Source: Acidobacteriota bacterium
GTDB taxonomy: Bacteria; Acidobacteriota; Thermoanaerobaculia; Multivoradales; Multivoraceae
DNA length: 64,000 nt
Assembly (NCBI GenBank): GCA_026707325.1
Contig: JAPOXA010000165.1
Location: 22,481 to 86,480, forward strand
Reading direction: 5' to 3'
In this document: positions 25,084 through 33,601 of the stretch, piece by piece
Layout of the letters: the number at the start of each line of letters is the position of its first letter
Numbering within the stretch: position 1 is the stretch's first letter
The notes under the pieces: model-generated
The model's input: only the letters and a program-made list of their open reading frames with translations
What the model was told of the DNA's origin: nothing
Databases searched by the model: none
Program-made: the position numbers and the translations under genes

Positions 25084-25331
25084 CTATCCATGCCAAGGCA
25101 ACCAGGAGAGATTGGACCGCGGGCGGTGGACCAGCCCATGACGTCAAGGTCCGCCTCGGACTCATGGATGAAGACGCTGTTATTCACTCGCACGCACTTT
25201 CCCGGAAACCGGATACCGAGCAGGATCGCCAGCGGGCAGTTGTCCTCGTCACAAGCGGTCCCGGACATGATCGCTGCTTCGGTCATCTCGACTTCGACGA
25301 TTCCCGGCAGGTTGTACTTGTCGGACCTCAC
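25080..25331 (-). CDS. hypothetical protein (CPLA family)
   Basis: IVEVEMTEAAIMSGTACDEDNCPLAILLG. Confidence 0.45.
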   Translation of the reverse strand: MRSDKYNLPGIVEVEMTEAAIMSGTACDEDNCPLAILLGIRFPGKCVRVNNSVFIHESEADLDVMGWSTARGPISPGCLGMDS

Positions 25332-25711
25332 GGCATCTCTCCGTGCTCGATCAGGTGGCGCAGCGTTGCCATTGCCTCATCGGTGCCGGTGTATAAGAAC
25401 AACGACCCGGCCGTGTAGTCGTCGAGCCCGAGCAGCCGTTGCGCTACGTGCATGTAGCCTGACTTGTCGTCGCTGTAGAACTCGGCTTCCTCGAAGTCGT
25501 CGTCGTCGCCGAACAGGTTGACGGTCCAGCCGGCCAAGCAGCCGGTCGTCCGGCACATGCCTCGTTGCCACCAGATGTGCTGGTTGAAGGTGTCCTGATG
25601 GCCGCCGCGCTGATTGGCGGCGACCTCAAGATCGATTCCGTCCTCGGGATAGATTCCGTGCGGCAGCGCCGAGCAGTGCTCGTACAACTTCTCGAGTCGT
25701 TCAATGTTCAT
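25328..25711 (-). CDS. hypothetical protein (paralog of 23598..23960)
   Basis: MNIERLEKLYEHCSALP...CRTTGCLAGW. Confidence 0.55.
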   Translation of the reverse strand: MNIERLEKLYEHCSALPHGIYPEDGIDLEVAANQRGGHQDTFNQHIWWQRGMCRTTGCLAGWTVNLFGDDDDFEEAEFYSDDKSGYMHVAQRLLGLDDYTAGSLFLYTGTDEAMATLRHLIEHGEMP

Positions 25712-25716
25712 GGCCA

Positions 25717-25932
25717 TCACGGCCTCCCCTCAACGTGACCGTTGTCGTTCAACACCCAGGATTGGACCGCCATGCCGGCGAACCAGAACATCAGCATGGC
25801 CGCACCGATCATCAGGATGAACCGCCGCGGTTCGGCTCCCTCCTTGATCTCGACCGCGGCGATTGCACAGTGGATAACACCAAGCGCCATGTATGAGCCG
25901 AAGATCAACAGACTAGGCCGGTAGGGCTTCAT
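25717..25932 (-). CDS. membrane protein
   Basis: 71 aa, two hydrophobic spans. Confidence 0.45.
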   Translation of the reverse strand: MKPYRPSLLIFGSYMALGVIHCAIAAVEIKEGAEPRRFILMIGAAMLMFWFAGMAVQSWVLNDNGHVEGRP

Positions 25933-25977
25933 CGGTCGAACCTTTCGGTTTTGTAGACGACCAAGTAGCCGTTGTCG

Positions 25978-26211
25978 CTAGACATCGCAGGCCACCCCCC
26001 AGTCGTCGGGTTGGTCGGAGAGTTCCATCGCGGCCTGGGCTCGCGACGCTGCTTCGGCGTCGTAGGGCCGCTCACGGCTGCACGTCTGGTCCTTGTACCA
26101 GCCACAGCCGAACTTCTGGAAGCGGGCTGAGTTGTGCATGTAGCCGCCCTCCTCCTCGTGGAACTCGTAGGTGTCGATCGGTTCGCCGCAATGCGGGCAG
26201 GGCACGTCCAT
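25978..26211 (-). CDS. Zn-binding small protein
   Basis: MDVPCPHCGEPI... Confidence 0.5.
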   Translation of the reverse strand: MDVPCPHCGEPIDTYEFHEEEGGYMHNSARFQKFGCGWYKDQTCSRERPYDAEAASRAQAAMELSDQPDDWGVACDV

Positions 26212-26262
26212 TTCGTTTCTCCTGTCAGTGGGTTGTAGTGAGATTCTTCATCAAACCGACAT

Positions 26263-26580
26263 TCAGTTCCTGATGAACTCGAAGCTGACTCCGCGCCAGC
26301 GGTCAATGAAATCTTCACGATCTCGCTCCGTGACCAACCTGTCGAACTCAACCACGAACTCGCCGGCTCGTTTTGGCATGGGGTAGTCCGCACCCGCGAA
26401 GGCGCTGCGCTTGACCGACTCGAAGATCCCGGCTGCTTGGACGCCAACAATGATATCCGCCGCATTAGGGAAGACCTCGGCGATCTTGAGCGCCAAAGCG
26501 CAGCGCCTGCCACTGCCGCAGACACCGTTCTCGATGCAGCCGCGGTCGATCGTGACCGTGAACCTGTCGGGGCAGTTCAC
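26263..26580 (-). CDS. hypothetical protein (CPLA family)
   Basis: GTG start overlapping upstream stop; FTVTIDRGCIENGVCGSGRRCALALK. Confidence 0.5.
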   Translation of the reverse strand: MNCPDRFTVTIDRGCIENGVCGSGRRCALALKIAEVFPNAADIIVGVQAAGIFESVKRSAFAGADYPMPKRAGEFVVEFDRLVTERDREDFIDRWRGVSFEFIRN

Positions 26581-26831
26581 ACCGTCTCCTCTCGTTCGAG
26601 CAGCATCGCGAACGCGCTCCAGAACTGAGGCTCGCCGCAGGCTTCGCACTCGACTCCGGCAGCGTCCTGATCGTCAGGCACGTCCTCGAAGCCGCAGTCG
26701 AGGCACAAGCCTTCGTTGGCGACGAACATCTGATTGATCCGTTCGATCGGCACTTCGTGAATGCGCTCGACGGCGCTGGCCAGATGGCCGGCCTGCCGGT
26801 AGTCGTTGGGGTCCGCGTTCATGTTCTGCAT
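26577..26831 (-). CDS. hypothetical protein
   Basis: 84-aa ORF behind a class A module; CLDCG...CEACG. Confidence 0.5.
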   Translation of the reverse strand: MQNMNADPNDYRQAGHLASAVERIHEVPIERINQMFVANEGLCLDCGFEDVPDDQDAAGVECEACGEPQFWSAFAMLLEREETV

Positions 26832-26860
26832 TTCATTTCCTCTCGGCCGCGTGGCCTGTC

Positions 26861-26904
26861 GTTCAACGTGAGAGAAGTATGGCAGTGGGGGTCCCGGCGG
26901 TCAA
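26861..26904 (-). promoter_or_regulatory. class A promoter-leader module
   Basis: -35 TTGACC, 17 nt, -10 CATACT, CGTTGAAC box. Confidence 0.6.
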
Positions 26905-27044
26905 CGGACGAGCCAGAGCGGCCGGAAGGTTCATGTACGTGGGCGGTGGACGGGATTCTGGGCCAGCAGGGGTTCGTAGGCGTCCTGCATATCGGCCCGA
27001 CCACCATCAGCCTTCATCTCGGCCAATGCCAGATACTCCCCGTC

Positions 27045-27136
27045 ACGCACAGTCACAAGCGCGCGCACTTTCCCGATTTGCCATACGCACTTTCCCCCTC
27101 AGCCTTCGACGTCAATGATGAACAAGGTATCGTCGA
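27045..27136. repeat. direct repeat copy (pairs with 27317-27408)
   Basis: About 92 bp including two GGGAAAGTGCG boxes and the last 12 codons of 27099..27290. Confidence 0.85.
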
Positions 27137-27290
27137 CACTGATCCTCAGTTCTCTGACACAGTGCTCGGTCGCAAGAGAGAGCAGTTCCTGGCCCACGTC
27201 GTAGACCTTCCTGGCAAACTCGAACTCCTTGCCCTTGACCTGCGTGAGCTTGACCTCGGCGACGACCTTCAGCATCTTGACATCAGCCAC
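27099..27290 (-). CDS. hypothetical protein
   Basis: 63-aa ORF ending ...DDTLFIIDVEG. Confidence 0.45.
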   Translation of the reverse strand: MADVKMLKVVAEVKLTQVKGKEFEFARKVYDVGQELLSLATEHCVRELRISVDDTLFIIDVEG

Positions 27291-27316
27291 ATCATCCTCC
27301 TTAACATCTGGGCGTT

Positions 27317-27408
27317 ACGCACGGTCACAAGCGCGCGCACTTTCCCCATTTGTCATGCGCACTTTCCCCCTCAGCCTTCGACGTCGATGATGAACACGGT
27401 GTCGTCAT
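27317..27408. repeat. direct repeat copy (pairs with 27045-27136)
   Basis: Carries a start-less ...DDTVFIIDVEG stub just after the C39-like gene. Confidence 0.85.
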
Positions 27409-27860
27409 CCCTCGTACCCGTGGACCAAGACCACTCCGTCCCAGTGACAGCCGAACAGGTCGACCGTCATCTGGAGTCGTCCCAGTGAAGGATCGTCGAT
27501 GGTCATCTCGGACCACATCCGCACGGACTGAATGACGGCAACGCGCACTGACCGGATCACGGCGAAGTGGTCGCCGTGGACGTGAGCGATCGCCGGCATC
27601 GGTATGTCCTCGAGACGGTCTTCCGGCACCCGTAGCCCCTGGCACTTCAAGCCTCGAGCCTCGATCGCCTTCTTGACCTTCAACATCGTGGCTCCTTGTG
27701 GGCCGCACTCCATTTCCGCGTGCAGGCTCACAAGATCGCTCTCGATCCCGTAGTGACCAAGGAACATCTTGGCAGCGGCCGGACCACAGCCAGTTCGGCA
27801 GTGCTGCCGGATTGCTTCCGGTGGCTGGCGCTCGGCCAGTGACTCATGCCAGAACATCAA
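27405..27860 (-). CDS. stand-alone peptidase C39-like domain protein
   Basis: QHCRTGCGPAAAKMFLGHYG...PAIAHVHGDHFAVI resembles C39 Cys/His motifs (memory). Confidence 0.65.
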   Translation of the reverse strand: MMFWHESLAERQPPEAIRQHCRTGCGPAAAKMFLGHYGIESDLVSLHAEMECGPQGATMLKVKKAIEARGLKCQGLRVPEDRLEDIPMPAIAHVHGDHFAVIRSVRVAVIQSVRMWSEMTIDDPSLGRLQMTVDLFGCHWDGVVLVHGYEG

Positions 27861-27862
27861 TG

Positions 27863-28273
27863 CTACCGGCCAACTTGGCCGGCCAGTTCACCGTCGGTTG
27901 GTATGCGGCGAAGCCCCCGGGCTGCCCGCGCGAAAGCGATCAGCGGCCGCTTCGTCCTGAAGAGCTGGTCGCGTTCAAGCTTCAGGATCTTGGGTCCGCC
28001 CGGGAACGGAGCGATGGCTGTTCTCTCGATGTTAGACAGGAGTTCGTAGCCGAGTTCCGGCTCGCCCATCCCGTGGTCACAAAGGCCGAACAGCCTGCCG
28101 TCCGGCCACAGTTCGGTGAACAGCCAGGTTTGCGGACCGTATGGATTGAATACCTTGATGACTGGAACGTGCTCGGGTGTGTCTCCACCCGTCTCGTTCA
28201 GCATCGTCTCGGTCGCTTCGGCGTTCCGCATCAACTTGTCGCGGATCGCCTTCGTGAAGATCATTCGCTGCAT
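27863..28273 (-). CDS. DUF2958-like protein
   Basis: VKVFNPYGPQTWLFTELWPDGRLFGLCDHGMGEPELGYELLSNIE. Confidence 0.8.
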   Translation of the reverse strand: MQRMIFTKAIRDKLMRNAEATETMLNETGGDTPEHVPVIKVFNPYGPQTWLFTELWPDGRLFGLCDHGMGEPELGYELLSNIERTAIAPFPGGPKILKLERDQLFRTKRPLIAFARAARGLRRIPTDGELAGQVGR

Positions 28274-28455
28274 TGTGTTTCTCCTTGGCCAGGACTTGGC
28301 CATGTCCTGCTGCCGTCCGGCGTCCACACGAGGTCTTCGTGGTACTCCATGTACTCACGCTCGACGACAGCAAGGGCGTGTCTCGCACTCCTGGCGGTAC
28401 TCCTCGAAGGAGATACCGGAAGGTTCACCGCACCGGCCGCCAGCCGCAACGGCAC

Positions 28456-28920
28456 TCATGTCGCTTCCTCGGCGTTTAGCGATTTGACCGCCTCCTTGTA
28501 GAGCCGACGCAGGATGGTACGGGCGTCTCTGATGTCCTGGATCCTCGCCTGCAACTGACGAGAGACCAAACCGAGTTCGATCTGATCGCGCTCCAACTTG
28601 TCGAGTCGATCACGAAGACGGGACAGGACACGCATCTGCCAAGCGCACCGCTCGAACGGCGTGATCAGCGGCACCCAGATCATGCCGAACCGCGTGAAGC
28701 CATCATGAACGTTGTCCAGGTTGTGGACCTCAAGCCGAGCATCGACGCCTTCACCGTCGCTCAGCCCCAGGTTCTTGGGGTCCTGGTTCTCGAACAGGTG
28801 GAGGGCAATCTCGGCTGCCTCTCGGGCGCACTGCGCCTTGATCTCCGTGGCCCAACGAGTGGAACCCGCAGTCGGTGTCGGATGGCCTAGCAACGTCTCG
28901 GTGACTCCGTAGACGTTCAT
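28456..28920 (-). CDS. hypothetical protein
   Basis: Start MNVYGV; upstream part of the track ORF is alternate-frame read-through. Confidence 0.5.
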   Translation of the reverse strand: MNVYGVTETLLGHPTPTAGSTRWATEIKAQCAREAAEIALHLFENQDPKNLGLSDGEGVDARLEVHNLDNVHDGFTRFGMIWVPLITPFERCAWQMRVLSRLRDRLDKLERDQIELGLVSRQLQARIQDIRDARTILRRLYKEAVKSLNAEEAT

Positions 28921-29222
28921 GCCGCCCCCTCGAGCCGGAACACGACACCGCGCGGCCTGACTCCGTGGATCTCGACTGCGGTTTCGTAGCGCAGCCGGCC
29001 GACCGAAACTCCGTGCTGGATGACGTTCACGACGTCGTCCGGCTTCGGGTAGAACGAATCGATCCGGAAGTCCTCGTGCTTCATTCCCATGTTGTCGCAC
29101 CAGTGGTCGATGCAGCGCATGGTGAACTCGTGATCGTCGAAGGCCCGGTGAAAGTAGAACTTTCCACTCCACGGAGCTCGGTGATAGACCTCGAATCTCG
29201 GGGCGTGATGATGACTGGACAT
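28917..29222 (-). CDS. hypothetical protein
   Basis: Start MSSHHHA after AGGAGAAACGCAATG. Confidence 0.5.
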   Translation of the reverse strand: MSSHHHAPRFEVYHRAPWSGKFYFHRAFDDHEFTMRCIDHWCDNMGMKHEDFRIDSFYPKPDDVVNVIQHGVSVGRLRYETAVEIHGVRPRGVVFRLEGAA

Positions 29223-29251
29223 TGCGTTTCTCCTGCCGCGTTGCGGCTGTC

Positions 29252-29295
29252 GTTCAACGTAGGAAGATCCTACGCGAGCGGATCGCAGTTGTCCA
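29252..29295 (-). promoter_or_regulatory. class B promoter-leader module
   Basis: -35 TGGACA, 17 nt, -10 TAGGAT, 7 nt, CGTTGAAC. Confidence 0.55.
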
Positions 29296-29347
29296 CTCGT
29301 AAGGACTGTTCGGTTGAGGATCAGCGGTCCGCGGCCGTGGTCAAGAG

Positions 29348-29602
29348 TCAAGGTTCAGTGCCAGTGAAAGCGCCGGCCAACTCGGACTCGAGAATGCTGC
29401 CGCATCTAAGGCATGTCACTCGAGTTCGCGGCTCTTGGTCGAAGGGAATACGCACGGGCTTTCGGTCGGGCCGATGATGCCAGGCATCTTCAAGATCGAC
29501 GAACGCGCGGATCGTGTGGCCGAACCGCTTGAGCTCAACTCCACAGACGGCGTGTTGAGCCAGTTGGCCTGGCTGAATCGCATGGGTCTTCTTGCTGGAC
29601 AT
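29348..29602 (-). CDS. hypothetical protein
   Basis: 84-aa ORF after GGAGAAACGCAATG. Confidence 0.45.
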   Translation of the reverse strand: MSSKKTHAIQPGQLAQHAVCGVELKRFGHTIRAFVDLEDAWHHRPDRKPVRIPFDQEPRTRVTCLRCGSILESELAGAFTGTEP

Positions 29603-29685
29603 TGCGTTTCTCCGGTCGGCTTAGGCCGGAGGGATCGGCAGCAGTAGCAGTACCGACCCCTCCGACCCAGCCTCGTTGAACGACC

Positions 29686-30057
29686 CTACCGTGGGTCGAG
29701 AGAAGACTGGTGTTCGCGCGCCGCCTTCCGCGCCGCGGCCTTGATCTTCGTGTACTCGTCGTCGAGATCACGAGCCTTGCAGGCGATCATGGCAAGATGC
29801 GCGACAGTGACAGGTCCGTAGGCCAAGCAGAGGCCCCGGATACGTTCGTGGCAGACGGCAAGGTCCGTGTGGTGATCTATGACCTTCCGGACGATCGGAT
29901 CGTTCTTGTCGTCCTCGTCATCGGGCAACGGATGCTCTTCGCCGTTCACCCACAACATGCCCTTGGCCTCGGCCGCAAGTTCACGCTCGAACTCTTCGAT
30001 CGTTCGGGGGTTCAGGAATGGAATACTCTGGCTCATCGACCACGTCGCCCTCTTCAT
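29686..30057 (-). CDS. hypothetical protein
   Basis: ATG overlaps upstream stop (TGATG). Confidence 0.45.
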   Translation of the reverse strand: MKRATWSMSQSIPFLNPRTIEEFERELAAEAKGMLWVNGEEHPLPDDEDDKNDPIVRKVIDHHTDLAVCHERIRGLCLAYGPVTVAHLAMIACKARDLDDEYTKIKAAARKAAREHQSSLDPR

Positions 30058-30368
30058 CAGTCCGCCATCCTTCCCAGCCGGCCAGTCCAAGTTTCGCGTG
30101 TCATCCGACTGACCCTAGCCTCGGCCCGGGCTGTGTCCCGCCGCCACTTCTCAGCCGCAGCCTTGTTCAGCTTCCGGCGCTGTGCCGGCGTGACCCCGGC
30201 CTTGATGTCCCTGATCTTCCACTGCGCATCGGTAAGTTCGTTGCCGACCCGAAGCATCTCGTCGTGAAGTTCTGAGCTGTAGCCGCGCCGACGCCGCTCA
30301 CACAGGTCGTCGTACTGCTTCTTGAGCCTTACGACATGAGCCTCCCACTGAGCCAGTGTTCGTGCCAC
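30057..30368 (-). CDS. hypothetical protein
   Basis: GTG start after GGGGGAAAGAAG; basic coiled-coil-like. Confidence 0.45.
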   Translation of the reverse strand: MARTLAQWEAHVVRLKKQYDDLCERRRRGYSSELHDEMLRVGNELTDAQWKIRDIKAGVTPAQRRKLNKAAAEKWRRDTARAEARVSRMTRETWTGRLGRMAD

Positions 30369-30443
30369 CTTCTTTCCCCCTTATCCAAACAGTGAGCCCG
30401 GCACCGTTTCGATCGCAGATTGACTTCGCTGACGCGGGCTGTC

Positions 30444-30487
30444 GTTCAACGTGACAGAAGTATGGAAGAAGAGTTCCGGCTGGTCAA
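30444..30487 (-). promoter_or_regulatory. class A promoter-leader module
   Basis: -35 TTGACC, 17 nt, -10 CATACT, CGTTGAAC box. Confidence 0.55.
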
Positions 30488-30571
30488 CTCAGGCACGAGA
30501 TGAGACTGGCGCTCGCGCGCATTCCCGGGCAAGACGATGACGGCACTGCTTGCGGCGTTCCTCCGGCTTCA

Positions 30572-30928
30572 TCAGTGGGAACACCCCATCTCGTTCTCGG
30601 TGTCTTCGGCGATTGCGTGAGCGAGGGCATCCGCCGCCTCGCCGACCGTGAGCTGCGCGTTCAGATCGTCGACCAGATCCTTCTTGAAATGATGGAACCG
30701 TATCTCGAACGGCTGACAGTTCACGATCATCAGCAAGATCAGACGGCCCATGCGGCGCTTGTCGCCCTCCGCTGCGTAGTAGATGTCCCGGTCGTCACCG
30801 TAGGACGTCTCCGTGTACAGGACCCAACCGCACTGCTCGCAGTTGATCTCCTTGGGCTCGCTGGCCGATTGCCGCTCGAAGCTAAGCAAGCTGAGACAAC
30901 TGGCGCACCGGCACTCGACCGGCCTCAA
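30572..30928 (-). CDS. hypothetical Cys-containing protein
   Basis: Proposed TTG start overlapping the preceding stop; CRCASC...CEQCG. Confidence 0.35.
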   Translation of the reverse strand: MRPVECRCASCLSLLSFERQSASEPKEINCEQCGWVLYTETSYGDDRDIYYAAEGDKRRMGRLILLMIVNCQPFEIRFHHFKKDLVDDLNAQLTVGEAADALAHAIAEDTENEMGCSH

Positions 30929-31043
30929 AAGGGCACCTCGTCGCAAGAGGATTGCCGATGATCCTCGTTGAAGCCACGGGCCAACTTCTCCGCGTAGACT
31001 TCGTCTTCGTACATACCCCAACCTTGTTCCTCGCGTTCTTCTT

Positions 31044-31355
31044 CTAGCGGATCGGGCAAGTTCCTGAACCGCTCGTTCGTGTAGATGCGGATGCCGCTCT
31101 TGCGTGTAGCCCACGCCTTCTTCGTGGCGTTACAATCTCGTCGATGCTCGACAGGTGACTAGGCAGGCATCCCTTGTTGCACCTGAGCCATCCCGCATAG
31201 CGTTCGGAACGAACCGAGAAACGGACGTCGGGCCAACGATCTCGAAGGTAGCCCCTTATCAGAGACGCAACATCAACGAGACCAATGGATGGGGCCACAC
31301 CGGAACTCGTGTACTTGCTTCGTGCTTCCTCAACGATCTTCCTGGCGCTTGGCAT
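31044..31355 (-). CDS. hypothetical protein; C-terminal part doubtful
   Basis: N-terminal 75 aa look protein-like (WPDVRFSVRSERYAG); the tail is Arg-rich while the -1 frame (31158 down to 30925) reads as a plausible protein. Confidence 0.35.
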   Translation of the reverse strand: MPSARKIVEEARSKYTSSGVAPSIGLVDVASLIRGYLRDRWPDVRFSVRSERYAGWLRCNKGCLPSHLSSIDEIVTPRRRRGLHARAASASTRTSGSGTCPIR

Positions 31356-31551
31356 TCAGCACCTCCTTGTCGAATCCTCGTGCGGCACAGGACAGAATCT
31401 CGATCGCCAGCCCCGCACTTACCTTTCCGGAGTCGAGCAGCTTCTCTAGACTTGGCCAGCCATCGCCGGTTGCCTTTCGCAGCCACTCACGCTTCATGTA
31501 CTCGCGTTCTTCCGACTCCTTGAGGAGCCGACCATCCTTGCTCATGGTCAT
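31330..31551 (-). CDS. hypothetical protein
   Basis: 73-aa ORF. Confidence 0.4.
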   Translation of the reverse strand: MTMSKDGRLLKESEEREYMKREWLRKATGDGWPSLEKLLDSGKVSAGLAIEILSCAARGFDKEVLNAKRQEDR

Positions 31552-31554
31552 GGC

Positions 31555-31728
31555 CTAGAAGCTCAGGTCCTCGAGTGGCGAGTCGAGGCCCGAGCATTCG
31601 ATGACCTCAACGACCTCTTCGCACTCGACGATTATGTCGGCGACTTCGGCACCCTCGATCACGTCAAAGGTCTCCACCAGTTCGAGGCCGCAGGCAATGA
31701 CGAGGATGCGTTCGATCAGCTTCCACAT
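31555..31728 (-). CDS. small acidic protein
   Basis: 57 aa from MWKLIERILV. Confidence 0.35.
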   Translation of the reverse strand: MWKLIERILVIACGLELVETFDVIEGAEVADIIVECEEVVEVIECSGLDSPLEDLSF

Positions 31729-32201
31729 CTCCGCTCTTCCCGAAATCTCTCGAGCAGACCACGCCAGAAGTCCTTGACCTCTTCGGTGTGGTTCGGGTAC
31801 TCGGCCGCGTGCTTGAGAGAGCCGAAGTAGTCGGCCTCCGCCATCTCGACGAGGAACTGCGCCGAGTTCTCGTACTCTCCAGCCTTTGCGTAGAAGGAAA
31901 ACACCTTCTTGTGGGCATCCTCCCAAACTAGAGACCCGCTATCGGTGGCGCGTTCACGGAAGAAGGCTTCGCTCTGGCACAGACTCTCCATCCTGCCAAC
32001 GATCACGTCAAAGCAGTTCTTGACGCGACGATGGAACCGGCCGCACATGGCCGGATTACTGGCGTGTCTGGCCTTGCCGCAGGCGAAGCCGAAGTCCTCG
32101 ATCTCTTGCAAGTTGCGTCGAACCGACTTCAGATCGGACAATACCGCACGGTAGTTGATTCGGACAGTTTCTTCCTCTGTCGCCAGAGGGATGCTGGACA
32201 T
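31716..32201 (-). CDS. hypothetical protein
   Basis: Start MSSIPLATEE after AGGAGGACCGCAATG. Confidence 0.5.
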   Translation of the reverse strand: MSSIPLATEEETVRINYRAVLSDLKSVRRNLQEIEDFGFACGKARHASNPAMCGRFHRRVKNCFDVIVGRMESLCQSEAFFRERATDSGSLVWEDAHKKVFSFYAKAGEYENSAQFLVEMAEADYFGSLKHAAEYPNHTEEVKDFWRGLLERFREERRCGS

Positions 32202-32231
32202 TGCGGTCCTCCTTGCCCCGAGTAGGGCCTC

Positions 32232-32276
32232 GTTCAACGATGAGAGGATCCTACGTCAGAGGGTCGCGGGTGTCAA
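32232..32276 (-). promoter_or_regulatory. class B promoter-leader module
   Basis: -35 TTGACA, 17 nt, -10 TAGGAT, 8 nt, CGTTGAAC. Confidence 0.6.
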
Positions 32277-32561
32277 CTCTCTGCGCGTCACCGGCCGCAA
32301 CGACATCGAGTAGATGCACCGTGGCCCTGGGCCGACCATGATGGCGTACTCGTCGTAGTCCATCGCCTCGATGTGGACAAAGTGGCCTCGAACAATCAAC
32401 TCATCCAGCGTCTCGATCTCGCTGTCATCGTCCAGCCGCATCTTGCGGCCTTTCGGGTAGCGATCGCACGGACCATCCGGCCGCTCCTCGATCTCGCGCT
32501 TGAAGCGGTCGCAAAGATCGCGCCAGAACCGATACCAGCGTCGCGTGAAGAAGGCGAGCAC
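32256..32561 (-). CDS. hypothetical protein
   Basis: 101-aa ORF; 3' end runs into the downstream promoter. Confidence 0.45.
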   Translation of the reverse strand: MLAFFTRRWYRFWRDLCDRFKREIEERPDGPCDRYPKGRKMRLDDDSEIETLDELIVRGHFVHIEAMDYDEYAIMVGPGPRCIYSMSLRPVTRRELTPATL

Positions 32562-32848
32562 TAGACGAACTCGATTCTCATGACCTGGACCGTCGCTTTG
32601 TCGTCTTTGGCGTACTCCAGCCGGCCCCTGACGACGATCGAAGACCTGTCTCGGGCTTTCTCGAGCAACCTCGCAGTGCCGCCGAACGCGCGGCAGGTAT
32701 GGACCTCGGAGCCCTGACCCACCGTGCCGTCGTTGTTCCGCCAGCGTCGGTGAGTCTCGACTCCCAGGAAGGTGATCGGCGTACCGTTGGACGCCGTTGG
32801 CGTCTTGGCAGGCCCGTGGACCTTGCCAACCAGTGTGACCCTGTTCAC
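32561..32848 (-). CDS. short OB-fold SSB-like protein lacking an acidic tail
   Basis: MNRVTLVGKVHGPAKTP...VETHRRWRNNDG...VHTCRAFGGTA...VVRGRLEY resembles an SSB OB core. Confidence 0.6.
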   Translation of the reverse strand: MNRVTLVGKVHGPAKTPTASNGTPITFLGVETHRRWRNNDGTVGQGSEVHTCRAFGGTARLLEKARDRSSIVVRGRLEYAKDDKATVQVMRIEFV

Positions 32849-32987
32849 TGCGTTTCTCCTATCGTCGTGGACGCAGCCTCGCCAGACTCCGATCGATGTA
32901 TGTTCCCATCCTCAGCGCCAACTGGCGCATCTTCTCGTCTTCGCTTGCCGCTGAGCCGGTGCAACCTGGCCCTATCGTTGCCGATCG

Positions 32988-33155
32988 TCATTCGCCGGCA
33001 CTCGGACGGCCGACCTGGTTCCTGACCAGCTCCGGAAGCAACAGAAAAACCAGAAGACCGGGCAGGATTTTCCACACGAACAGCCACAAGGCCGTGGCGC
33101 ACAAGGCGATCGTGATGATCGCTACAACGATGTCGCCAGCACTCTTTGATTCCAT
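32988..33155 (-). CDS. 55-aa membrane micro-protein
   Basis: MESKSAGDIVVAIITIALCATALWLFVWKILPGLLVFLLLPE... after GGAAAGGAGGAAACGGAAAGC; below the track cut-off. Confidence 0.4.
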   Translation of the reverse strand: MESKSAGDIVVAIITIALCATALWLFVWKILPGLLVFLLLPELVRNQVGRPSAGE

Positions 33156-33243
33156 GCTTTCCGTTTCCTCCTTTCCGCGTTTGTCTCGCGGCGTAGTTGT
33201 CCCCGACTTTGAGAATGGTGGCAGGAAGGATCGCGGGTGTCAA

Positions 33244-33292
33244 CTCAGTTGTACACCACATCGGAGACTGTCTACCTCGCGGTATAAGCCCC
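33244..33292 (-). mobile_element. solo copy of the TnpB-element left end
   Basis: GGGGCTTATACCGCGAGGTAGACAGTCTCCGATGTGGTGTACAACTGA (minus strand) matches the first 49 nt of the three full elements. Confidence 0.7.
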
Positions 33293-33295
33293 TGC

Positions 33296-33571
33296 TCATT
33301 CATCACCCTCGGCCAGTGCCTTGCTGGCCAGACCACAGTATTCCGACACGTCGTCCAGGAAGTTCTCGACGTGCTCGATGGTCAAGCGCCGGTCGTCCTC
33401 ATCGCAGTCCGGCTGCGAGTCGAGGTGGCGATCGAACGCGCGCCAAGACGGCTCAAGCAGACGGCCGGCCTGGAACTCGAGTTCGGTTTGCAGGTCGTAG
33501 TCGGTTTGGTGTTCAACCTTGCCGTCTACGAGAAGTCGAGCTTCAAGCTCGATCCTGACGTTCTTCGTCAT
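33296..33571 (-). CDS. hypothetical protein
   Basis: Start MTKNVRIE preferred. Confidence 0.45.
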   Translation of the reverse strand: MTKNVRIELEARLLVDGKVEHQTDYDLQTELEFQAGRLLEPSWRAFDRHLDSQPDCDEDDRRLTIEHVENFLDDVSEYCGLASKALAEGDE

Positions 33572-33601
33572 GCGTTGAATGCGAGCCCCTTTTCGCGTGA
33601 A

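Noticed and set aside
29664-29680. CGTTGAACG box on the + strand with an adjacent TAGGGT on the minus strand, considered as another module
   Set aside because: The orientation and spacing differ from all other copies (the -10-like hexamer directly abuts the box, and there is no -35).
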